A stretch of 64,000 nucleotides of DNA from Eledone cirrhosa (GCA_964016885.1 OZ024743.1:231260001-231324000); one strand, 5' to 3'. Shown: positions 26,051 through 41,437, counted from the stretch's first letter. Numbers and translations are program-made. Notes: a model not told the origin generated them from the letters alone.

Positions 26051-26469
26051 GATCTCATAACATACCGATTCTGATAAAGCAGCGGTTTTACGTTTATATG
26101 TCCTATTGAATGAATAGCAGTAATGATATCAATAATACTTGATACTCGTTGATGCTGTACTTATATGTCTATAAACGTTGTAGCATGTTGTAACTTATAC
26201 ACATATAACAGATATAGCTGCAAGCAATCTTGTCAAGCGGGAGGAGTGCTATCTGATGAAATCGTATCTAAAATTTTAAAATTACAATAGATAACATGGA
26301 AATAAATATAACAGCTATTTCGTAATAAATAAAATGCGGTTAAGTATAACCGTATTACGTTCTATATCCTTAAATATATATATATGTATGTGTGTATGTG
26401 TGTTTGTGTGTGTGTGTGTGTTCGTACGTGTGTGTGTGTGTATATATGTGTGTGTGTGCGTGTGGGTGT

Positions 26470-26574
<105 letters not shown>

Positions 26575-28400
26575 TGTGTGTGTGTGTGTCTGAGTTTGTG
26601 TTTTTCTGTCTGTGTTCGTGGGTGTCTATGTGGGTGCCTGTACATGTGTTATTTTTGCTTTGAATGCGTACCATAGTAAAAACTTATAGTTTTACCTCTA
26701 TAAGCATATCTGGTCTGGAACATGGTCCATTTACATGTTTCGTGTTATGTAGCATTGCTTGATACGCCATAGAGTATAGCTATTAATCACACGTTAAGTC
26801 ATATTAATATAAAAAAATAGCAGTCTAAATACTTGGTACTAAACGAAAAAATTGGGTACATATTAAATATTTTAATCAGTTTGTTAACTTCACAGAAAAA
26901 AATTAATTGTCCTAAAGAATTATCTTGCATTTAACATTAACATCAGAAAGTGAAATCTAGTACCTTGTCTACTCTCAAGGCCGCCGATATTTGGGTCATA
27001 ATTATGAACAAAATTACCCGTATTTTGTTAGCTATATTTTTATTTTCTACTCATATCTTCATGAATACATTGGATATTTGACCTCTTGCTTTAAAGTCAA
27101 ACCATGGAATTCGTAATAATTTACAGGTTTCTACTGTTAATGAGTCACATTTATCGATCAAACATATCCTAACCATTTTATCTGTGCATTTCACTCTTCC
27201 GTGACCCCATAAAAAATGTTACCGTTTAATAATGTGACCGATGTAATAGACTATCTAATTACTCTGTAAATGTGTGGTTTTGTAAGACATTAATGTCATT
27301 TCTTTTTTAATATATTAGAATTGATTTCGGAAGGATTTTGCTACTAACGTTTAGGAGGTTAAGCTATCAATTGAAACTCCTTCCCACGGTTATAAGTAAT
27401 ATATTTTATTAGGGTTCTTGCTTAACTACATTGTTTTCCTTATCGAGCCGACTTATGTTCAAAAGCATGTTATCTTATTTTTCAGAGACCTAAGGATAAT
27501 GTGACAAATTTGTTCATGTGCTCATCCTATTGAAGTTAATGGGGTGAAATTGTATTGAGATTTCAGTTGTTTACTGGAGGTAAAGCAAATAATCGACATT
27601 TGGTTGTATATTATCTAAATAAGATAGCATTTTTGTGAACCTCTCCAGTGTTTTCTGGGGCTATTTTGTGGGCGGGGATTATTTTGCTTTGTTTCTGGAG
27701 ATATTAAAAGGTCAGCTATTTCCTTCAATAATTATATTTTCATTTTGTATAGCATTTCTGAAGCAGTTAGTAAATCTACTTCGAACTATACTTTTCTCAA
27801 ATGTGATTTTCTTCGAAAGGTCACTCTAATCTCATAAATATACGTTGTGTATGGATTTGTATAATAACTCGTATTGAAAAGAGAAACAAACCGTCAGGGA
27901 AAAATACATTATCAATGATATATAGCATCATAAATATTACATTATATTCTTCCTCCCATTATGATGGCAGTAGGAGAAATAGAATTGGTTTCTTTTGTGT
28001 AAAAAGAAAGGAACAATAAATTCAAATATTTTACTTTAACAAAGTACCTCTTGGCTGCAAACTTTCAATGTCAACTACATTCATTTAAATACTATACTAA
28101 TGCAAGTTTAAGATAATCGTCTTATATAGATTGTATATTGATTTAATTAATAAATCTTGCTTTAAAAGAAAATGGTAAAATCGATCCTAAATTAAACATA
28201 GAATCTACTTACCGGTCACTGATATCATGTATTCACATCCGCATAGTCTCTGCTCTACAAATCATTTTGTTTTAAATGAAGACTCCTATTCGACCCTACA
28301 AAACTTTATCTCCATTTACTTCTTCGTATACTTTTTTTTATAGATTATTGTTAATTACCAAATTAACTCCTCTAACTTCCCTCCACACACACAGACACAT

Positions 28401-28493
<93 letters not shown>

Positions 28494-28758
28494 ATATATA
28501 TATATATATATATGTTCAATACCACTTCTACTTCACGTTTTGGAATGCCTCCCCACTCGAAGGAAAAAGACAATCATTACAAAGCGAGTTCAGTAAAGGC
28601 ATATAGATAATGTCTTACTTAAGCATCTGAAGGAAATATGCAAACAAACGTGTACCTAAAATGCACTATGTATCAGTATATCACAAGTCGTACCACAGAT
28701 TGAGTGCCCTTCCAATTTTGGCGTATCACCTAATAAATTTCACTAGACTTCATATATA

Positions 28759-29654
28759 TCATAATCTATAAAGCTCAGTGTGTGGTAATGCGCCTTCGTT
28801 ATAGAAATCTACGATGTAGAATTTCTTCAATTGAAATTTACAATTCAGTATTCGAAATAGTTTCGATTGCGTCTTGATGCAGATAATCTTTTCAATGTCA
28901 CCCACAATTACGCAAAAAATAGATAAAACTCAATATTTTACGATTTTTCTCTCTCATTTAAACTGCTGACTCTTTCTACTACCATTCAAAATCTATACAA
29001 CTTCATACTTTCTGCTACTTTCTCTTTCCAAGCTTGATGGTGATACTGTCCGTTCACACCACTCCCTACTGTCTTAAATTTAGAAAACACATATCCTCTA
29101 TGAGGTTACTAAACCTGCTAGAAACAGCAGCTAACTCTCCCCCATATCACACCCCTCCCTACTGTCTTAAATTTAGAAAACATATCTTCTATGGGGTCAC
29201 TAAACCTGCTAGAAACAGCAGCTAACTCTCCCCCATATCACACCACTCCCTACTGTCTTAAATTTAGAAAACACATATCCTCTTTGAGGTCACTAAACCT
29301 GCTAGAAACAACAGCTAACTCTCCCTCATATCACAACCATCCCTACTGTCTTAAATTTAGAAAACACACAGACAACCTTGCAGAACAACTCCATCGCAGC
29401 TCTGTTGTTCGGCTGGCACCGTCTACGCGCGTGTTGCGCAAGTACTGTGAAACAATAAATTTCAACACTTTTTTGCACAGAGATAATATCCATAGGCGAA
29501 ACTACAATTGTCACTGCATGCGCAGCTCATGCTTCCAGGTCTGCAATTCATTCACCCAGTGCCTGGCAGACAAAAAAGTGCTGCCATAAAATGGGTGGTG
29601 CAACCTAACTTTGGTAACTTAATGACCCCGAGGAACGCCGGGCTTTAATGCTAG
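28759..29654 (+). mobile_element. Non-autonomous Helitron with internal 93-bp minisatellite (~3.4 copies)
   Basis: A|TC start, 3' GC-rich hairpin, CTAG|T end, no TSD; near-identical copy at 43479-44479. Confidence 0.85.
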
Positions 29655-29707
29655 TATAATATATAATATATATATATATGAAGTGTTATATATTATACAT
29701 ATATATG

Positions 29708-29741
<34 letters not shown>

Positions 29742-29748
29742 TATATAT

Positions 29749-29865
<117 letters not shown>

Positions 29866-29996
29866 ATAAGCTTGGTAGAAATATCAAAGGGTGAGAACAT
29901 TCAGTCCATAAAATAGGCTTAAATAACAGGCTGAAAAAGCTGTGGTGTATAACGCAACAAAACTTAAATACCAGCATATATCATTGTTGTAAATTA

Positions 29997-30149
<153 letters not shown>

Positions 30150-30438
30150 TATCATTCCAATACAAAGGTCTGACGACATGGTGTGTTTGCTTGCAGTGTA
30201 CCTTCGGTTTATGATAATATTTTTATATTATTCAAATAGCGAGGTATAGGTAACCCATACACTATAGAAACAATTGTTACCTAATAAATTCTTTATACCC
30301 GCATTTCCGTTTCATAAACTTCTTCTCCATATTTTCTCCGGATTTTAAAACACACTTTATTATACGTTGAGCAATCTCCGACGTCGGTTGACTCCATCCA
30401 ATGCAACTACTTAGTAACATTGGAATACAAATTTACTA

Positions 30439-30488
<50 letters not shown>

Positions 30489-31030
30489 GTATATATAGAT
30501 ATACCAAAGTAGAATTCGAAAAATTACTGCGCCTAATTTCAAAGGAACCAGTGCAAACTGTACAGTCAGGTTGCAGAGAGGTCAACGTGTCCAACCGTTT
30601 TCGTTACTTCTGATCAATGAAGCAGACCTGTGTCCGACAACAGTCAAATAATGATTCAACTCGGAAGACACAATTTTACTGAGGTGTAGCAAAATAATGT
30701 ATCAGGTAGATCCAGCGCCTAGACATTATAATAAGGGTGTGGATTAAAACATTTGTTCCATCATTTTACGATTGATTTTATTATGTACAATATACACTAC
30801 ATCACTCATTACTCCGAGCGGGTAGTTATTTACAAGCATATATGTTAGATTTTTACGATACAAAAATAAGAAGAAAATAGGTTTGTTTATCGTCATCACA
30901 TGATAGCATGACTTCATACTTGGGGCGTCATTCCCGTAAAACTTTGATCATCTATCGTATTTGTCAGTAGAATTCGATGACGTATATGCCTTGAAAATGT
31001 TGAGCAATGAAAAATAGGCATTATATGAAT

Positions 31031-31136
<106 letters not shown>

Positions 31137-31727
31137 TGTGTGTGTGTGTGCGCGCGTGCGTGTGTGTGTGTGTGCGTGTGTGTGTGTGTGTGTGTATGTG
31201 TGTGTGCGTGGGTGTGTGTGCGTGCGTGCGTGTGTGTGTTTGTGCGTGTGTTTGTGTCTGTGTGAATGCATGTATACATTTATATGCATGTGATTATGTC
31301 ATTATGTGAATGCGTGTGTATATAAATATAGTTAATACATTTCTTTCAAATGGAACTTTGTAGTTTCATTATAATTTGAAAAGTGAATCAAAACAAATTC
31401 CCTGAAAGACGATGAAGCCTTTTTGCTCAAATAATATTCTATCACTACTCAAAGATGAAACCAAAACTCACAGAAACTGATACCTTTGTACATTTCACAA
31501 AGAAACCCATATACACAAATAGAGAAATACAGATTTTATATCACGCGTAGGATTGTATTTTATTTTTCCTCTCTTACGCAGCAGAAAACCGACAAAAGAA
31601 CAAGAAAATTCAATGAAAGAGCCACAGAGGCCTCCCATTAGCTGCTCGACCTACCATCTATATTACACTTACTGAATTAACTTAAAAAGTAGTAAATTTA
31701 AAATATGTGTATATAAGTAATTGTAGA

Positions 31728-31783
<56 letters not shown>

Positions 31784-32564
31784 CAGTTATATTTATTTAT
31801 TCATTACGATGGCTTTCTAGATATCTTCCTCCAAATAGGTGATGGCCATGACTGGAATGTCTCTCATTAAATGACAGTTCGATGAGAAGTAGCCTGGTGT
31901 TAAATAACAAAGAAGAAATAATTTCGTAAGAGAAATTTGCACTACCCCATTCTATAGTTCTGAAACAATTTCCCCCTCACCCAACCGACTGGAAGATAAA
32001 TGAGCAAGTTTTATGTAATATAACAAGTAACATACATATTGACTGGAGTTTCAGAAATCTTCCTATAGAAGTCTTGAACCATATTAGTTTTTCAATAATG
32101 TTTCCATTGCTGAATCTTGTAAGCGATCGGCATCGTTGGTGAACCCCGCCAAGCAAAAGTAACTTATTTTCCTTAAGCTGTTTATCGAAATGACAGTGTA
32201 GCACACAAAATTTATTACGAAACAGGGAAATATATAATTGAAAATTCTTTGTTTTACTCAGTGCCATATATACAAATACACTCAGACAAACACTTATAGA
32301 TGTATAAACACAAACATATATGCAAACAAGCAGATGAACGCAAAAATAGATAATCACTCGCACCCTCCCAAAACACACAGCCTCACGCACACTCCACACA
32401 CAACCGTATACACACATATACAGATATATCTAATCTTGGTCATATGTATGTTTATGTATTTGAAAATGTATACACAATCAAAATACATTTGCTCGGTGTT
32501 TTTACTTACTAAGTTCATATTAGTATTATATATATGTATAAATATACACACACACACACACACA

Positions 32565-32685
<121 letters not shown>

Positions 32686-32699
32686 TTAATATATGTGTG

Positions 32700-32755
<56 letters not shown>

Positions 32756-33029
32756 CATACATGTGTGTAATATATATATATGGGTATATGCATATGCCTA
32801 TTTGTGAATAGTCGTTCGCCTATCACCTGCTATATGTTAAACGGTTATGTAAATGTCGAAAGATAGATAATCTTGAATATGTGACAGCCTGAATATTCGG
32901 GCTCACACATACGTAGAACGCACATAGAGAAGCACCCACACGCACAAACATTTATATATAAATATATATATATATATGTATTTGTATATATACATATATA
33001 TATACAAATACATATATTTGTATATACAT

Positions 33030-33083
<54 letters not shown>

Positions 33084-33364
33084 GTGTGAGTGTGAGGATG
33101 AGTGTATGTATATATGTAGGTAAGGATGCATGTCTGCCTGTATGCAATAAATCCGCTACTGAACTCTGTAAATACATTTTTCTTACTCATATACATATCA
33201 TATCTTAAAATGTGTAATACTCTCCTTTATCTTATATCTCCAATAAGCATTCCTTCCATTCCAATCTTAAATATAATATAGTGTTTTCAAATTATTTAGT
33301 TATTTATATCAATACTTTGGCTGCATTGATAACCAACAACTTTCTACAAGTCCTGTATTATTAG

Positions 33365-33417
<53 letters not shown>

Positions 33418-33419
33418 CG

Positions 33420-34800
33420 TTCGACAAAGTGATCGCTCTAAAACGCAATTAAATCAAAGAAATGTATATAATGAATCTATTACTGCCGTAAACAACTTAA
33501 ATATACTTGGTATGTCGGTATTTGGTATTTGGTTCCAATCTGATTTGAAATAGGAAACTCATCTCAAGCAATCACTGAAAAAGAAATGACCGCAACCTGG
33601 TATATAATTAAACTTAAAAGAAATTCCACTGCCTAATGTATAAGCTCATGAGATTGAATAATAAGGGATTCATCAACCCTTAAATGTTGTATGGCAGCTA
33701 GGTTTGGGCGATCAGAATCACTAGGTATCGATACATTTCTTACCCAAATTCCCAAAACTATATTGGAATGATTAAGATATATTCACAAGATATGAAGCAG
33801 GGCTAGCCTCCACTCACTTGTTGATAGAGGAGTCTTGAAAACGATTGCTGCTAATGTTGAGTTTAAATGTAAAAGAAAATAGCATGATATTTGGCTCCCT
33901 CCATGGGTATAACAATTTAAATCGTTTAAGTTAATGATAAAAGCACTGAAAATAAGAAGCAACAGAATTCCAGAACATTGACACATAGACAGTTAGTTTT
34001 AGCCACAGGGTCAGTTACACAGATGAGGGCCACTCAGACATGTGATTCGGGTTTGGGGCTACTTGACATTTCAAAAATAACAATAAGTATGTCTTCAATT
34101 TACATCGGGATTACTCAATATTATATCATCCATAAATTCAGCTAAGGAAATGCCACAAGGAAATTCTTTTCAATATATTGATAGTTTATCGAACCTAGAA
34201 GTGTTTCAATCAGGAACAAGGAGCTGAGTTAGAGATATTGAGAGTGCTCTGCTAAGAATAGACAACTAGCTCTCAGAGAATAATAATCAAATAACATACC
34301 AGACCATACAAATATTAGAGGAAATAGGAAAGCAGATGAATTAGTAAATATATCGCAGTTGAAATCATTTACGAAAAATATAATTAGTCAAGTGCCGGAA
34401 ACTTTTCGGGAAGAATCTCGAGATAATCTATTAAATTTCAATCGTCCACCTTTTCAACCAGATTTGACATTTAAAAAAGACACTGGGCAATGTTAATAGA
34501 ATAGATTATGCTCGCTTCGAACTGGACATATACCATTGAATTACATTTTATATCGAACTGGTTATAGAGAATCACATCTATATTCATGTAGTGAATTGCC
34601 CAGAACACCATTTGTTCCACGAAAGATTATCAGTCTGGGAGAGAAGACTTCTTGAAATCAATCATTAAAAATTAGAAATATAAATATTGTAAAAGATCCA
34701 CCAACTATAAACAACATCTTTCAGTACATGAAGGTTACAAAAAGATTCAACAGAACCTCCTAGCTGCTATAGAGCTACCCTACCTTCCCAATTTGTCTTT
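33420..34800 (+). mobile_element. Old LINE remnant with RNase H-like region (I-group-like)
   Basis: YTD-like motif at ~34016, AEL..I at ~34223 and RTGH at ~34519. Confidence 0.4.
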
Positions 34801-34994
34801 ATCTCTTTTATACTTATTTTGCTTCCAGTTGACCTTTATTTAACATTTGTAATTAATTCTATTTTATCATTTTAATTTCATTGTTATTTTTATATTTACT
34901 TCTATCTGTTTTTTTTCTAAACTGTAAATGCCATAGCTTATTATGTCTATACTGACGTTTATATTGGTTAAATAGATTATATATATATATATAT

Positions 34995-35170
34995 GACACA
35001 TTTGGGACCCTGACGGCTAAGCCCCGGCCTTTTCAACAGCTATATCAAGCTGTTGAAAGGGCCGGAGCTTAACCGTCGGGGTCCCAAATTTCATATTACC
35101 CGCTCTACTACCCCAAGTATCGAGTACTGTGGTGAGTAATGGTCTAACTGATTTTCACCGCCTCCATTCT
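34995..35170 (+). mobile_element. Family A foldback mini-element (diverged subfamily)
   Basis: Arms 35000-35041 / 35048-35090 plus tail taccccaagtatcgagtactg. Confidence 0.8.
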
Positions 35171-35579
35171 GAGAGAGAGGGGGGGGGGGTTGCATTGAAT
35201 TATGAACTTTCACCGAAAGTTTCGGAAGTAATCTAATACAGCGTGTATGAAGCCCCATAACGGAAGGAACTGCGCATCGTTTCTTACGCTTGGTGAAGCC
35301 TATTTTTTACACAAACAGACACACATGGCTGACTGAGTGTATTTCCACAAAATGGCTGAATGAATACATGCGTACCTTTTCTCAAAATAGTTTCTGCGTA
35401 CTTTCCTCTACTCAGGCTCTATCTTTCTATTTCATCTTTCATTTCTCTATCTATCTTCTGATGAAAGACTAGTGTCCGAAAATTAAAAACACTTGTACTA
35501 CTATATTATGCGTTAAGTTTATATCTTTCTTCATTGCACCGTTTTCTTCCTTGTAGTTAGCGACAACGTTTTGCAAATG

Positions 35580-35617
<38 letters not shown>

Positions 35618-35984
35618 AGAGCGCGCGCTTTTGTATGTGTGTGTGCATGGGTGTGTATGCGTGTCTATGTATAATAATCCAGCAAATGCAAAATCTTAAT
35701 ATATTCTACTAAGTCAAGCTGAATATTCAATACACGAAACAAATGTATATGTGTAAGTCCATATCATTAAACGGAGTTGCCCCTCATAGAGTTAAGAAAC
35801 CGGGACATACGTAACACCCGGGCATGCCAGGAGGCTTACATTCTTACGCTGTAATCAATTCTGACAAACATGGTAAAGCAAAATGACTTCTGTTTTTGGC
35901 AATGTCGTCTTTATTATTATCGTGAATTCTGGAGCGAGATAGTTCAGCAGGTGATAGCTTCCTAGTGTCGTCATTATTATCCAT

Positions 35985-36105
35985 ATGATCTGAGTTCAAA
36001 TCCCACCGAGGTTGACTTTGCCTTTCATCCTTACGGGGTCGATAAAATAAAGTACCAGTAATGCACTGGATAATTGCTGGCCTTGTGCCTAAAGTAGAAA
36101 CAATT
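35985..36105 (+). mobile_element. tRNA-derived SINE, 5'-truncated
   Basis: gagttcaaatccc B box followed by gcctttcatccttacggggtcgataaaataaagtaccag. Confidence 0.8.
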
Positions 36106-36624
36106 ATTATCCATTTATCACTAGATCCGGCAGATACTTAAGATTTATCCTCCGAAATTGCTGCAGTTGAAAGTTCCATCAATATACAGAGACAGCTATG
36201 TATGCCTTGTCAAATCACCAACATGTTTAAGTACTACATTGTGATGGATGTATATACATTAGGTTGTTCAAGTTCCTGTTTTTCATTTCTACCTTTTTAC
36301 GGAATCACATATTGTATGCTACGTCATATTTTTTTCTTATAAAAAAAAAACCATGAAGTTACTCTCAGCTGGTGCTCGGTCCTTTTTGGAAGAGAAGACC
36401 CAACCCTTATTTCCTCGCCAGTCGTCGTTCCCTTGTGGTGGTAGCACTGACTTCATGGGGATTTCGTTTATTTTTGTTCCAACCATTACCAGAACTATGA
36501 TCATTTAGTTTCTAGAAAGAGAATCCATGTTCTTCCACCTGTTGTTGCTGCTTCTACTGCCATTTGTAGGTGTACTTTCCTGCTGGATTTCATCTCATTG
36601 AATTCATTTCATGATTTTAAGAAA

Positions 36625-36688
36625 TTGGGACTTCACATTTCTGCCAGTCGCTTGAATATCCTTCCTCCAATTCAATACAGCAAATTTT

Positions 36689-36750
<62 letters not shown>

Positions 36751-36808
36751 GCTGTATTCAATTGGAGGAAGGATATTCAAGCAACTGGCAGAAATCTGAA
36801 GTCCCAAT
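36625..36808. repeat. Inverted repeat (~62-bp arms) around a (TA)n spacer
   Basis: ttgggacttc...cagcaaatt / aatttgctg...gaagtcccaa. Confidence 0.8.
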
Positions 36809-36832
36809 ATATATATATATATATATATATAT

Positions 36833-36926
<94 letters not shown>

Positions 36927-37189
36927 ATGCATGGGTGTGTATGCGTCCATAGATAACCCAACCGACCACAATTTCTTTCGCGCCAATCATTCTATAGCCG
37001 TACTGAAACAAATCTAGTGAGATGTTAAAGACAAAACTCTGTGGAAATAATTGTTGCCGCAACCATTGATGTTTCTAAATTCGTTGTGCTCTAATATAGA
37101 ATGTGCCGTAACAGATATACTCCACATTTCCCCCTTCTCTGATTTAAACCCCAAGCACAGAGTTTTATATTCTTTACTCCAGTTAGAAG

Positions 37190-37297
37190 GTGCATGGCTT
37201 AGTTATTAGAGCATTGTTCTTGCAATCGGAAGGTTGTAAGTTCTATTTTCGGTCCGGGTGATGCCTTGTGCCCTTAAGCAAGACACTTTATCTCACG
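37190..37297 (+). mobile_element. tRNA-derived SINE fragment (second family)
   Basis: A-box-like tggcttagttattag, B-box-like aagttctatt, then ttgtgcccttaagcaagacacttta. Confidence 0.6.
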
Positions 37298-37299
37298 AT

Positions 37300-38716
37300 A
37301 TTTCACGGAGATGGGGAAGGCGGGGGAGATAACATAATCCAGTAGCTCACCAGCAACATAAAATATATGTGTCAGAGCGGCTCCCAAATGACAGGCACCG
37401 GGATATCCTCGCTCACCCTCTGGAAACGGAATGGTGACAAACACGTCTGCAGCAACCACGGGGCATCACTCTCTCCTCCATCCAAAGCAAGTTCTTCACC
37501 AAGATCCTCCTCAGCCGGGCCTTTGCCGCCATTAAGAGCAGACGCCGCCTACAAGCTGGTTTCATACCCAAATCAATCTACAACCGACCATATTTTTGCC
37601 GAACATCTCGTCATTGAAATATTTCGGAAGTCTCCATAGATCACCCCCTCGACGTCGAGGGGGCTTTCGACAGGGTCGACCACGCTTACATCTGGAAAGT
37701 TCTGAAACTCATCGTTGCGCGACCCAAGATCGCCAGCTTTTCAGAACGGCTCTATAGTAGTGTCAAGAGTTGAGGCTTGGTGAACAGGAAGGACACAATG
37801 GTTACTCATCAACAGCGGGTTAGACAGGGCTGATGGCTGTTCCCGGCCTCTTCAAATGTCCCATCGACTATCTGAGAACAAAGTCTGTGAGCAAGGTTAT
37901 GGTTTTACTTTTGAGAACTACCACCTTACCGAGGACACCACTCTATTCAGCAACTCGATCGATCAGCTCAAGGACGCACTGACCATATAACTAGATCAGT
38001 AAGAAAAGATTGGCCCTCAGGTGAGCTTCGTGAAGACCAAATAAATTCATCTCACTGAAGGCCTGGATCGTCACCCGCTTGATATTCGCTCCGACATCGT
38101 GCAGTTTGTCAGCTCTTTCATTTGACTGGGCTCAATATTCATCAACAATGGAAACCTGAACCTGAAGCTGCCCGCAGGTATGGTCTGGCCGCCGAGGTCA
38201 TACACTCCCTATGGATACCCCTTTAAGGTCAATTCTCTATCTCCGTGAATCTACAACGCACCTGTTGTCTACATTGTCCTCTATACTGCAGAAACAGCAA
38301 ATCACACAGAGCTTGGCAAAGCTGATCGACAGCTTCGATAGCAGAGCCCTGAGGACGATCAGGAAGACCAGATGGCAACACCACGTTTCAAACAAAAATA
38401 TACGTGCACGTAGGCATCAGCTCTCAGCCTCCCGCATTAAGGCAATGAGCGGCATGCGCATGTTGGGACTTGTCCTACGCCTCATGCCAGAGCATGCTAC
38501 CAGGGCCTTACGCTCATTCAGCGCAGCAGCTTCTGGCTGGAAGAGACTCAACATCAGGCCCTGACTCAAATGGCTGGATGTGATTAAGGAAGGTCTGCTG
38601 AGGAGCTGGCACTAGACCGCAAGCGATGAAGGGACTGATGGATCAGGTCGGTGCACTTGGGATCGCTGACATAGAATAATCTCAGTATCATCGGGCAAGA
38701 CCAAAGAAGAAGAAGA
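37300..38716 (+). mobile_element. RTE-like LINE 3' part, decayed
   Basis: STTDHIF, GAFDRVDH and G(V)RQG motifs; (AAG)n tail at 38704-38716. Confidence 0.75.
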
Positions 38717-38907
38717 CGAATTTATATATATTTACATATACATAGATATATATGTACGTATATAAGAAAGGTTCGGACATCAGCACTTCATCAGATGGTG
38801 CAATATGAAAATACATTTTCATATAAAAAAGAGAGTGACAGTTGGTACAAACGAAAATATATACATATGTATATATACATATATACATATACATATATAG
38901 TTAAATA

Positions 38908-39291
38908 ATTGTTTCTACTTTTGGCACAAGGCCAGCAATTTCCCAGTACATTACTGGTACTTTATTTTATCGACCCCGTAAGGATGAAAGGCAAAGTTAA
39001 CCTCGGCGCGATTTGAACTCAGAATGGTAAGGGGCGTATGCGTCAAAGCATGGCGTCCGACCCTCTACCGATACTGCCAATCCACCGCCCATATATAGTT
39101 AAATAATTGTTTCTACTTTAGGCACAAGGCCAGCAATTACCCAGTGCATTACTGGTACTTTATTTTCTCGACCCCGTAAGGATGAAAGGCAAAGTCAACC
39201 TCGGCGGGATTTGAACTCAGATCGGAAAGAGACATAACTATGCTGGAAAGCATGGCGTCCGACCCTCTACCGATACTGCCAATCCACCGCC
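38908..39291 (-). mobile_element. Two tandem full-length tRNA-derived SINEs
   Basis: Copies 38908-39090 and 39106-39291; atatatagttaaataat occurs three times at the junctions. Confidence 0.88.
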
Positions 39292-39788
39292 ATATATAGT
39301 TAAATAATGAAGACTAACATGGTTGGCTGTACAATAAGGGCTTTATTTAATGTACTGACAATTGTTTCGTTGATCAGGTGAGTCTAGAGTTCGCTATTCA
39401 CTTGAGGTTGCGTCAGTACATTGCTCCAATACATTATTTACCTCTGGTTAACACATCAGAGTACGTTGATATGAAAGTAATTCACTCGTAAATAATGTAT
39501 TGGAGATCGAATGACGCAACCTCAAGCGATTAGCGAACTCTAGACTCACCTGATCAACGAAACCATTGTCAGTATTTTAAATAAATCCCTTTTTGTACAG
39601 CCAACCATGTTACTCTTCATTCTTTAACTATTATTACTCCAAGTATAACCTGCATAGAAATTACCGCGCACTCGCTGCACAACTATGGAAGCATCTTGGT
39701 GAGTGAAATAAAGCCGTACGTTAAAACTATCCACGACGCAGAGTACTCACAACTTCTAATTGGATTACCTATAACGATAACTTGTCAT

Positions 39789-39790
<2 letters not shown>
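39292..39790. mobile_element. Foldback mini-element family B, with a decayed HHR on the left arm
   Basis: Arms 39297-39441 / 39488-39630; tail homologous to 3712-3876. Confidence 0.8.
39352..39464 (-). ncRNA. Decayed type I HHR with long stem II
   Basis: gtact CTGATGT gttaaccag...ctgatcaac GAAA caattg TC agtac; A9 is mutated. Confidence 0.65.
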
Positions 39791-39877
<87 letters not shown>

Positions 39878-39885
<8 letters not shown>

Positions 39886-40315
39886 ATACTTAGGGAGGGT
39901 CATATTTGTGTAATATTGCCAGAATTAATAACAGAACACACTCACTGTTTGGTTGTTTTTTCGCTTTTCGCTTCTGTGTCATTTATATCGGTTAATTTAA
40001 TTTATTCGGTCCTCAATGTTGCCATTGACTGACTAACAGTAAAAAATACAGATACAATATAGACACAAACACATATATATAGTCTATATGTCTATATTGT
40101 ATCTGTATTTTTTTTACCGTTGGTCAGTCAATGGCAACATTGAGGACAGAATAAATTAAATTAACCGATATAAAAGACACAGAAGCGAAAAGCGAAAACC
40201 AACCAAACAGTGAGTGTGTTCTGTTATTAATTCTGGCAATATTACATAAATATGACCCTCTCCAAGTATAACAATATTTGTTTCGACAGACGTTTTCATA
40301 TCAAAAACCTCGCAA

Positions 40316-40318
<3 letters not shown>
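39878..40318. mobile_element. Foldback element family C
   Basis: ~190-bp near-perfect arms (39878-40066 / 40089-40277) plus a ~40-bp tail; terminus ttgttatactt.gggagggtcat is shared with the PLE end at 12461-12483. Confidence 0.8.
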
Positions 40319-40368
<50 letters not shown>

Positions 40369-41363
40369 GATATTCGTTTCTACCACGTGTCATTATTTTT
40401 TATATGAAAATTTATTTTCATATTGCACCATCTGATGAAGTGCTGATGTCCGAACCCTTGGGAGACCTTTACTATAGCAAGCGTTAATCTAATATATAAC
40501 TTCATGGCACAGTATTTATTAGATAGATAGCAGTATTTATTAGATAGATAGATAGCAGTATTTATTAGATAGATAGATATGCATACATAAGTCTATCTTC
40601 CGTACTGTCAACTAAATTCCACTCAGAAATCATTTACCAAATCGGGCATTATGTTAGTTGTTGAGTAACTTATGTTCGACACTATCGGTTCGAACGCGAA
40701 ACCCATTTAGTTGAAAAGCTCAATTCGCATGCATATCAGCGTGATTTGTCTAATATCAAGTATATATATATATATATATATGTGTATATCTCTATGCATA
40801 CAGTTACATACATACATTCATACACACACACGCACGCACACATAGACACACACACACACTCATATATATATTTATATATGTATTTATGTGTGTGTGTGTG
40901 TGTGTGTGTGCGTTAATATATATATGTATGTATGTATATATATATATATATATATATACACAAACATATATATATATCTATGTGTGTATGCGTGTATGTC
41001 TGCATGCACATATATCAGTGTGTGTATAGGCATACATATGAGTGTGTGTGTGTGTGTACGTGTTTGCTCATCATTTTCAGGGTTTCTAATTTGGTGGACA
41101 TTGTAAAATAGCAGTCACAATTGGTGGTTGACATCCTGATGAATACTAATGTAAAATGTTGGAGTAGAGCAGCAGTGAATTGATGCATTATCTTTACTGC
41201 CTGTTGTGCCGCTTATTGCTATTGCCTGTACACACATTTATCACAGCCTGTAAATATATTAGCAGTTGGGTTGGATTATGTTAGGGGCTGTGCTGTATGG
41301 ACGGAGACAGTGAAGAGAAATGAGATAACTGTGAGGGAGTAAGAGATAGAGAGAGTGAAGTGC

Positions 41364-41437
<74 letters not shown>

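Noticed and set aside
29034-29589. Repetitive ORF (PYCLKFRKH...)
   Set aside because: Result of a 93-bp (3n) minisatellite inside a Helitron; frames differ between the two copies.
41160-41212. Hairpin resembling a pre-miRNA; motif gagcagcagtg.a.ttgatgcatta shared with 54770-54793
   Set aside because: Stem short and imperfect, no miRNA I recognise; more likely a dispersed repeat remnant.
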